A program made the position numbers and the translations under genes. The notes below the pieces were generated by a model. That model had not been told where the DNA came from. It ran no database searches and worked only from the letters and a program-made list of their open reading frames with translations. This document shows positions 17,541 through 24,000 of a DNA stretch of 24,000 bases, in pieces. This stretch comes from Promethearchaeota archaeon (GTDB lineage Archaea; Asgardarchaeota; Lokiarchaeia; Sigyniarchaeales; SOKP01), in the NCBI GenBank assembly GCA_030599585.1, contig JAUVNS010000005.1, positions 146,941 to 170,940 on the forward strand. Reading direction: 5' to 3'. Each line of letters starts with the position of its first letter. Within the stretch, counting starts at the first letter, position 1.

Positions 17541-17722
17541 TATAAGCCTTTTAGCTTACCTATCTATAAATTTCGTCACTATTTTTCATAAAAAATGGTT
17601 AATTACTATAGTCACTTATAAATGCCTTTATAAATAAAAAATCATTTATAAAGAAATACCCTTTTTAAAAGAATTTAATTTTCTTAATTAGTTAAAATCA
17701 TATTTATTAACTTTGATATAAG

Positions 17723-18394
17723 ATGGCAAAGAAAGAGGAAAAAGTTAAGGAAGAAGTCGAGGAAGAAAAAGACGTAGACGAAGCAAGCGAAGCCGATAAA
17801 GAAGCAGGTTTAGATTATAAAATTGAGAACGTAGTAGCAACTGTCGTTGTTGAAATCACAGAAAAGATCGATTTAAATATAATTGCTCGCAAACACGCAG
17901 ATGTTGAATATAACCCCGAAAGATTTCCTGGCTTAGTTATGAGAATTCTAAAACCGAAAGCTACAATCTTAATTTTTTCGACTGGTAAAATGGTGGTTAC
18001 GGGTTTAAGAAAAGCGAATGAAGCCGGACAAGTAGTAGAGAAAGTGTTAAAAAATATAAGAAAAGCAGGGATAAAAGTATCCAATCCCGAAATCACGATT
18101 CAAAATATTGTGGCAAGTGGAGATTTACACACGAATATCGATTTAAATATGGCAGCAATCATTATGGAGTATGCTATGTATGAACCTGAAGTATTTCCCG
18201 GTTTGATCTACAGAATGCAAGAGCCTAAAACGGTTTTTTTAATTTTCAGCACTGGTAGGATTGTTTGTACCGGAGCAAAGAATAAAGAAATAGTTAGAGA
18301 AGCAGTGAAGAAATTAAATAAGGAAGTACGCAAGTTAGGTGTCGCGAAAAAGGACTTAGGAAATCCCGACTATCAAGATATTACTTTTGTTTAA
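17723..18394 (+). CDS. tbp: TATA-box binding protein, paralogue 1, with a 29-aa K/E/D-rich N-terminal extension
   Basis: Two TBP repeats: IENVVATV...YNPERFPGLVMRI..PKATILIFSTGKMVVTG and IQNIVASG...YEPEVFPGLIYRM..PKTVFLIFSTGRIVCTG. Confidence 0.95.
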   Translation: MAKKEEKVKEEVEEEKDVDEASEADKEAGLDYKIENVVATVVVEITEKIDLNIIARKHADVEYNPERFPGLVMRILKPKATILIFSTGKMVVTGLRKANEAGQVVEKVLKNIRKAGIKVSNPEITIQNIVASGDLHTNIDLNMAAIIMEYAMYEPEVFPGLIYRMQEPKTVFLIFSTGRIVCTGAKNKEIVREAVKKLNKEVRKLGVAKKDLGNPDYQDITFV

Positions 18395-18477
18395 TTACAT
18401 CTATAAAAAAATACCATTTTTAAAAGAAATTAATTCTCTTAATTAGTTAAAACAATATTTATAACGTTTGATGTAGG

Positions 18478-19164
18478 ATGACAGAAAAAAAGGAAAAAAT
18501 AGTCGAAAAAGAAGAAGAAATCAAGGATAAGGAAAAAGAAATCAAAGACGAGGAAGACGAAATCGAAGACAGAAACGATTTAGATTATAAAATTGAGAAT
18601 GTAGTTGCGACTGTTGTTGTCGAAATCACCGAAAAAATCGATTTAAATATAATTGCTCGCAAACACGCTGATGTTGAATATAATCCCGAAAGATTTCCTG
18701 GTTTAGTTATGAGAATTCTAAAACCGAAAGCTACGATCTTAATTTTTTCGACTGGAAAGATGGTAGTTACAGGGATGCGCAAAGCTTCAGAAGCTGATAG
18801 GGTTGTGGAGAAAGTGTTAAAGAATATAAGAAAGGCAGGCATAAAAGTATCCAATCCCGAAATTACGATTCAGAATATTGTAGCAAGCGGAGATTTACAC
18901 ACGAATATAGATTTAAATATGGCAGCTATCGTTATGGAATACGCTATGTACGAACCTGAAGTATTTCCCGGTTTGATCTACAGAATGCAAGAGCCTAAAA
19001 CGGTTTTTTTAATTTTCAGCACTGGTAGGATTGTTTGTACGGGAGCTAAGAAGAAAGAAATCGTTAGAGAAGCAGTGAAGAAATTAAATAAGGAAGTACG
19101 CAAGTTAGGTGTAGCGAAAAAGGACTTAGGAAATCCCGACTATCAAGATATTACTTTTATTTAA
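18478..19164 (+). CDS. tbp: TATA-box binding protein, paralogue 2, with a 34-aa K/E/D-rich N-terminal extension
   Basis: Same two TBP repeats as paralogue 1. There are 7 amino-acid differences in the 194-aa core, and the N-terminal low-complexity extension is unrelated in sequence. Confidence 0.95.
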   Translation: MTEKKEKIVEKEEEIKDKEKEIKDEEDEIEDRNDLDYKIENVVATVVVEITEKIDLNIIARKHADVEYNPERFPGLVMRILKPKATILIFSTGKMVVTGMRKASEADRVVEKVLKNIRKAGIKVSNPEITIQNIVASGDLHTNIDLNMAAIVMEYAMYEPEVFPGLIYRMQEPKTVFLIFSTGRIVCTGAKKKEIVREAVKKLNKEVRKLGVAKKDLGNPDYQDITFI

Positions 19165-19172
19165 TTATTTTA

Positions 19173-19180
19173 TTTTTTTT
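19173..19180 (+). terminator. Oligo-T tract (T8), terminator candidate
   Basis: T8 begins 9 nt after the TAA stop of TBP paralogue 2. No comparable tract follows paralogue 1. Confidence 0.45.
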
Positions 19181-19348
19181 AAGGATTCTCGCTTTATTTA
19201 AAGTTGCAATTTTTATAATTCTAAAACTATCAATATTTTAATCAAAAAAAAGAATATACTTACTATTAATACTTAATTGCTAAATCTACCTATTTTTTAA
19301 TACAACTAAATTTGAATTAGAAACTATTGAAAGTTGAGGTCCTGAAAA

Positions 19349-19840
19349 TTAGTCTTTTTGAAATACAATCATAAATTCGCAATGATCTTTTCCTGATTGT
19401 AAGCTACAATCGACCTCTTGTGCAAAACAATGATTATTTGTCATTTTTTCAACGAGTCCTGCCAATAAACCTGCTTCGAATGAACAAAAGCTTCCATCTG
19501 TTTTTATACCTTTATTAATGAGATCCTTTATGGAAGAATGTCCTTTAAGTTTTAATTGCACAATTTCTTCGCTACTTTCTATAATCTCGACATCGCCTAG
19601 GTTATATTCAGAGATTTTTTCTTTTAAAGCATTAGGAATATCTTTTACATCATCAATTTGTTTAACTTTTAAAATAGTTCCTAATTCGTGACCTAAATAG
19701 TAGAAAATAGCCTCTAACTGATGACCTAAAGCCAACAAAGCTCCTACTTTCATATCTCCAATCTCTTTTCCACCTTTCAAATGTTTCCTCATTTGTACTA
19801 AAATTTTTGAAAGCAATTGCCTATCCATTTTTTTATCCAC
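19349..19840 (-). CDS. V4R (4-vinyl reductase / Bet3-TRAPP-fold) domain protein
   Basis: The C-terminal block GSFCSFEAGLLAGLVEKMTNNHCFAQEVDCSLQSGKDHCEFMIVF matches the V4R signature (C-x-F-x-x-G-x-L-x-G ... E-x-x-C ... G-x-x-x-C-x-F). The 163-aa length is typical of stand-alone V4R proteins. Confidence 0.75.
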   Translation of the reverse strand: MDKKMDRQLLSKILVQMRKHLKGGKEIGDMKVGALLALGHQLEAIFYYLGHELGTILKVKQIDDVKDIPNALKEKISEYNLGDVEIIESSEEIVQLKLKGHSSIKDLINKGIKTDGSFCSFEAGLLAGLVEKMTNNHCFAQEVDCSLQSGKDHCEFMIVFQKD

Positions 19841-19863
19841 ACTCTATGTTTATATATTTGTGA

Positions 19864-20157
19864 TTATAATTTTACGGAAGATATAAATCCATATAATATT
19901 GCATCTATGATGTCTTCCTCTTGAATATTTACAGATAACCTCCTATCTGCCACAATAATTGTCGGTAATGAAGTAATCTTATATTCGTTAGTTAATTGGT
20001 AATTTTTTTCTACATCAATTTTTTGTATATACAATTTTTTTCCAAACATCGAAATATTTATTCTCTTTAACATCTGCTCAATTGGCAGGCACGGACCACA
20101 ATGGGAAGATGAAAAAAATAAAATTTTCGGATAACCTTGCTGAAACTTTTCTAACAT
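19864..20157 (-). CDS. Thioredoxin-fold protein with CGPC active-site motif
   Basis: ILFFSSSHCGPCLPIEQML matches the Trx CGPC redox motif following a beta strand. The cis-Pro region is ITSLPTIIV. The protein is 97 aa. Confidence 0.8.
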   Translation of the reverse strand: MLEKFQQGYPKILFFSSSHCGPCLPIEQMLKRINISMFGKKLYIQKIDVEKNYQLTNEYKITSLPTIIVADRRLSVNIQEEDIIDAILYGFISSVKL

Positions 20158-20197
20158 ACATCACCCTATATGTGCCGGCAAAACCTTTTTTTTTCAT

Positions 20198-20746
20198 TCA
20201 TTGATCCTTATATTTTTCATAAAGGTCTTTAATTATTGCTTGGAACGATTTATACACGCCATTTCCTGTCTTTGCGCTTGTTTTGTAGTATCCAAGAAAA
20301 TCTCTTTTATCAACAATCTCTTCTACTCTACTCTCATCTAGTTCCTCGTCATTAACTAAATCCATTTTATTTCCAAATAACACGATTGGAATATTTCCAC
20401 AGTATTTCTTAATATCCTCATGCCATTCTGAAATGTGCTTAAAACTATTATCAATTTCGTTTGGAGCAAGAGAAAAAACTATAATTGCGGCTTTACTACC
20501 CTTGTAAAAAGTAGGTCTCATAAATGAGAACTCTTTTTGTCCTGCTATATCCCAGAAGAAGAGTTTTACAGCGCTGTTTTCTATTTTCTCGTCATATTTA
20601 GAGAACTGTGCTCCTAAAGTCTTGATGTATTCTTTCTTAAAACTCCCTTTAGTATATTTTTTTATTAAGGAGGTCTTCCCTACTCCCCCATCTCCAATAA
20701 CTGTTATCTTGAAAACGAAATCCTTCCTCTCGTCACTTTCACTCAT
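20198..20746 (-). CDS. Ras-superfamily small GTPase, Rab-like
   Basis: G1 GDGGVGKTS, switch I YIKTLGAQF, G3 WDIAGQKE, G4 GNKMDL, G5 KTSAKTG. There is no C-terminal Cys (ends YEKYKDQ). Confidence 0.9.
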   Translation of the reverse strand: MSESDERKDFVFKITVIGDGGVGKTSLIKKYTKGSFKKEYIKTLGAQFSKYDEKIENSAVKLFFWDIAGQKEFSFMRPTFYKGSKAAIIVFSLAPNEIDNSFKHISEWHEDIKKYCGNIPIVLFGNKMDLVNDEELDESRVEEIVDKRDFLGYYKTSAKTGNGVYKSFQAIIKDLYEKYKDQ

Positions 20747-20892
20747 AAAATCACATTATAGTTTTAACTTGAATGTCTTTGTAATTTCTTTTACTTCTAT
20801 AGAATATAAATTATAAATAGTACTTTTTATTTATATTGCTTTTTATTATTAAATGGATTCTTATAAATTCTCCAGATTTTTAAAATATCAAA

Positions 20893-20898
20893 GGTGAT
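20893..20898 (+). promoter_or_regulatory. Shine-Dalgarno-like GGTGAT upstream of the cinA-like gene
   Basis: aaGGTGATaaattactt ATG, with a 9-nt spacer. It is complementary to the conserved archaeal 16S 3' end AUCACC. Most other genes in the window lack such a site. Confidence 0.45.
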
Positions 20899-20907
20899 AA
20901 ATTACTT

Positions 20908-21384
20908 ATGGAACTTTTAGAAATAATCAAAGACATTATTACTGAATTTACAACTAGAAAAATTACCTTAGCCATTGCAGAATCTTGTACAGGAGGCTAT
21001 ATTTCAAATATGCTTACCAATATTTCTGGCGCCTCTAAAGTTTTTGAAAGGGGTATAGTTTGTTATAGCAATGCGTCTAAAGTAGCGCTATTGAATGTTG
21101 ATCCTGAAAGTATAAATCAGCACGGAGCAGTGTCGGAAACGGTAGCAAAACAATTAGCGAATAATATTAGAGTCCTCTCCAATGTTGACATAGGGATAGG
21201 GATTACTGGCATCGCAGGACCTACTGGTGGTACGACTGAGAAACCAGTAGGATTAGTATATATTGGTTTTTCAACTATCGATGAAACTTTCGTGGGGAAA
21301 CATCATTTTAACGTAGATAGGATTACTTTTAAGACTAAAATATTGGAAAAAATCCTTTTACTATTACAGAATTACATAAAATAA
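20908..21384 (+). CDS. CinA C-terminal domain protein / nicotinamide-nucleotide amidohydrolase (PncC-like)
   Basis: LAIAESCTGG, ERGIVCYSN, HGAVSE, GITGIAGPTGG and KPVGLVYIG are the conserved CinA/PncC blocks. Confidence 0.85.
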   Translation: MELLEIIKDIITEFTTRKITLAIAESCTGGYISNMLTNISGASKVFERGIVCYSNASKVALLNVDPESINQHGAVSETVAKQLANNIRVLSNVDIGIGITGIAGPTGGTTEKPVGLVYIGFSTIDETFVGKHHFNVDRITFKTKILEKILLLLQNYIK

Positions 21385-21522
21385 CTCAACAAGACTCATT
21401 CTATTTTCTTACTGCAGCGAAGAAGAATAAAAGATTCAACAAAACCTTTTTCTTTAAATATCGAAATCCTAAAAATATGGTATCTCATTTCTACTTAGAA
21501 ATAAAGTGTGAAGGTCCTTTAG

Positions 21523-22761
21523 ATGAATGTTAAAAAGATGTATGGAATTTTTTTCTTAGTGTATTTCACATTAGGAGTGTTTGAAGCTTATTTTGGTTTG
21601 TACATTCCGTTGTTTTATTACGAGATTTTGGCTGTTAATCGAAACGACTTAGCATTTATCCAATTTTTAGGTTTTTTATCGTTAATAATAACGCCCCTTA
21701 TTGGTTATATTTTTGATGCTCATATAAAATCTGAACGAAATCATAAAATATTTGTATATCTTTGCGTTATTTTGCTGTGTTCGTGCTTCTCTATTTTTCT
21801 TATTAATAAAAACATACTTTCATTGTATGGAATCTTTTTGGGCGTATATTTTCTTGCCAGGATGTTTATTCGTACAATTATGAGTAAGATTTTCCTCACA
21901 CTTAGCGTGGAATCGCCAAAAATTAAACATCATATGATATTAATCGTAAACGGAGCAAGAGGTGTTAGTTTTCTTTTAGTGTCTTTGTTTTTCGATTTTA
22001 TTATTAAAAATATCTACTCTTTACCGCAATGGGAAATATTCTTCATGGTCGGATGGATGTTGACGTTACCATTACTCTCTATAATTCTGTTTTTGAGAAA
22101 TAACACCATATTCAGCGATCAAAGTTCAAAAAATAATAAGAAAGATATTGAAAGCAAAAATATAAAAAAATTGAGCCAGAAAAGTGTTCTCTGGTTTATT
22201 ATTTTCTTGTATATTGCGTTCTTTTTAGCGTCTTCAGATTTGATATTTTTATCGTTAGTTAGTTCGTGGGTTTTAACGAAATATAATGAGTTTTCGCTAA
22301 GAATTTTCTTTTCCTTATATTATGTGATATCGATATTTGCACTCCTTGGATATTATATTGCTTCAAAAATCGCCAAAAGGATGAGTAATATTGTTCTTCT
22401 CTTTATTTTTTGTTGCTTCTATTTATTATTCCTTGTTCTTTTACCGTTCTCAAATTTTCCAACATTTTTAGTGCTTCAATGTGGTCTCACATTTGCCGGT
22501 TACATCGCGAATTATATGTATATAAGTATTGTACAAACTATTTCAGTAAAGACGCGATACAAAACTTTTGTGTATCAGCTATTATTAACATGCCAATCAA
22601 TCGCAAATATTGTGTTTGCTCCTATAGGAACATCGTTATCAGTTTTTATCAGCGTGGAAATGTTGATTTTTATTTCTTCAATCTTTTTTGCCTTTTCTTG
22701 CGGAATTCAGTTAATTCTCGTATTAGTAAATAAAATCAAACAAATAAAAGAATTTGATTAA
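21523..22761 (+). CDS. MFS-like polytopic membrane transporter
   Basis: 412 aa with about 6+6 hydrophobic helices, separated by a charged central loop (DQSSKNNKKDIESKNIKKLSQK). This is the usual MFS topology. I could read no specific substrate motif. Confidence 0.55.
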   Translation: MNVKKMYGIFFLVYFTLGVFEAYFGLYIPLFYYEILAVNRNDLAFIQFLGFLSLIITPLIGYIFDAHIKSERNHKIFVYLCVILLCSCFSIFLINKNILSLYGIFLGVYFLARMFIRTIMSKIFLTLSVESPKIKHHMILIVNGARGVSFLLVSLFFDFIIKNIYSLPQWEIFFMVGWMLTLPLLSIILFLRNNTIFSDQSSKNNKKDIESKNIKKLSQKSVLWFIIFLYIAFFLASSDLIFLSLVSSWVLTKYNEFSLRIFFSLYYVISIFALLGYYIASKIAKRMSNIVLLFIFCCFYLLFLVLLPFSNFPTFLVLQCGLTFAGYIANYMYISIVQTISVKTRYKTFVYQLLLTCQSIANIVFAPIGTSLSVFISVEMLIFISSIFFAFSCGIQLILVLVNKIKQIKEFD

Positions 22762-22783
22762 TAGTTCTTTCCTATATTGATTA

Positions 22784-23965
22784 TTAAACTAATTTGCCAT
22801 TTTCCATTATTTGTTTTTTTGTTCCATCTTTGTATTCAACGGTAATGTTAGCCTGTGGAGCAGTAACAAAATCCCAATGCAGTTGAGAAACTGATGTGCC
22901 TCCCATCATTTTATTTGAACCAAACGCTAAATGTACGCTTCCATTAATCTTCTCATCTGTTAGAATATAACCAATTGCTTTTGTAATTTCTGGGTTACAT
23001 CCAATCCCTAGCTCTGCTACATTATAAGTTCTTAACTCTGGTAGGTTCTTCTCCCGGTCAATTTTTTCGCTATCTTTAAAGGTATTAATTAAAGCACTTT
23101 GATTCTCTTCAGATGAGACTTCATCGATTAACAACTGTCCCTCCTTAAATCTTAAATGAGTGTTTTTAATGATCTTATTAGTCATCCTGTCTCTAGTGAG
23201 GGGACAAAAAAGAGTGCCTTCGCCAATTTTCTCGTGGGGGGGAAAAAATACTTCTCCTGCAGGTAAATTTCCCCCTAGTAATCCTAACGCAATTTGATCA
23301 TCGGAAAGCAAACCGTTATCTAAAATCATGGGGCGATCTTGAATTGTTACCGTAAAATCCGTCCCAAGATCATCTGAAACATAAACTCTTTTTGCATTTT
23401 CAAAGAATTTTCCCAAGTTTTTTGTAATTTCGTCCATTTTGTTTTGAGGGACGCTCATTCCACCCACTATGAATTTTTCTAATAAATCATATTCAATATT
23501 ATAATAGTTTGCAGCTTTCCTTGAGGGCCATCCTGCATAGCACCACTTTTTCCCTGGAGCGTATTCTGCCTTACCTCCATACAATATATCCTTTATTGGT
23601 GCGTTAAATTTGATTTTTGCTTTGAGTTTTTCTCTAGGTGCGTTTCCTAAAATACCAGGATCTTCATAGGGCTCAATTACAATGTACGCGTCGATATTCT
23701 CGATTAATTTTAAATAATGAAGTGGCGTGATCTCTAAAATTTCACTACTAATGCTTGTATCTTGGTATATCGTATTTGTATAATTATCGCTGCTTGATAT
23801 AATAACGGGAATTCCATTGTTTCTGTAGATGTTCAGGGCAATTTCTTCCAGTAAATCTTGAGAATAAGTACCACCCTTTACTAGAATGTTTTCCCCTTTT
23901 CTTTGAATATTAATCGCATTAACAATATTTTTAGCACATAACTTAATTTTTTCTAATTCTACCAT
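22784..23965 (-). CDS. M29 family aminopeptidase (AmpS/PepS/aminopeptidase T-like)
   Basis: GTDFTVTI, NLPAGEVFFPP, VAELGIGCNP and GSVHLAFGSN blocks match M29 thermophilic-metalloprotease-type aminopeptidases. The 393-aa length is typical. Confidence 0.75.
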   Translation of the reverse strand: MVELEKIKLCAKNIVNAINIQRKGENILVKGGTYSQDLLEEIALNIYRNNGIPVIISSSDNYTNTIYQDTSISSEILEITPLHYLKLIENIDAYIVIEPYEDPGILGNAPREKLKAKIKFNAPIKDILYGGKAEYAPGKKWCYAGWPSRKAANYYNIEYDLLEKFIVGGMSVPQNKMDEITKNLGKFFENAKRVYVSDDLGTDFTVTIQDRPMILDNGLLSDDQIALGLLGGNLPAGEVFFPPHEKIGEGTLFCPLTRDRMTNKIIKNTHLRFKEGQLLIDEVSSEENQSALINTFKDSEKIDREKNLPELRTYNVAELGIGCNPEITKAIGYILTDEKINGSVHLAFGSNKMMGGTSVSQLHWDFVTAPQANITVEYKDGTKKQIMENGKLV

Positions 23966-24000
23966 AATTCAATATATTTTTTTTTAAATATTAATCTTAA

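Larger units (their letters stand above)
17654..19164 (+). repeat. Tandem duplication of the TBP gene plus about 69 nt of upstream sequence (units 17654-18394 and 18409-19164)
   Basis: Hand alignment at a constant offset of 770 nt over the core (17810-18394 vs 18580-19164) gives 51 differences in 585 nt. The 69-nt upstream segments (offset 755, no indels between them) differ at about 10 positions. The 15-nt unit length difference lies in the 5' coding extensions, which are not alignable. Confidence 0.95.

Noticed and set aside
17815-18854. Antisense ORFs (93 and 89 aa) present in both TBP copies
   Set aside because: Their apparent conservation is just a consequence of the TBP duplication. 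The sense frames encode canonical TBP repeats.
1-24000. Looked for CRISPR arrays, IS/transposase genes, integrases, tRNA/rRNA genes and toxin-antitoxin or defence cassettes
   Set aside because: None was seen. The only repeats are the coding 105-nt repeat and the TBP tandem duplication, and no ORF has transposase, integrase or Cas-like motifs.

Overview
This is a strongly AT-rich, densely coding archaeal chromosomal segment. I count 26 credible CDS on both strands. I found no rRNA, tRNA, CRISPR array or IS element. Housekeeping content is typically archaeal: two tandem TATA-binding proteins, CDC48/VCP, a PSTK/KTI12-family kinase, class-I and DegT-type aminotransferases, M20/M24/M29 peptidases, CinA/PncC, an MFS-like transporter and a zinc-ribbon radical SAM enzyme of the MJ0619/Tes-like type. 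The unusual part is the eukaryote-like regulatory content. There are three paralogous Rab/Ras-like small GTPases. Two of them sit next to V4R (Bet3/TRAPP-fold) proteins, one in a tight GTPase - CGPC thioredoxin-fold - V4R operon. There are also possible longin/roadblock-like proteins. This combination fits an Asgard (Loki-/Prometheoarchaeum-type) genome best, but that is inference only. Other items worth a second look:
- A ~1.5 kb tandem duplication of TBP including its promoter, with K/E-rich N-terminal extensions and patchy divergence.
- An isolated ~48% GC element with interleaved perfect inverted repeats inside an 887-bp AT-rich divergent intergenic region (candidate ncRNA).
- An in-phase A_AAA_AAG heptamer in a small zinc-finger gene, where the -1 frame restores a fourth metal-ligand pair.
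- A 5'-truncated protein built from exact 105-nt (35-aa) tandem repeats.
All domain calls come from motifs read by eye. No database search was run.
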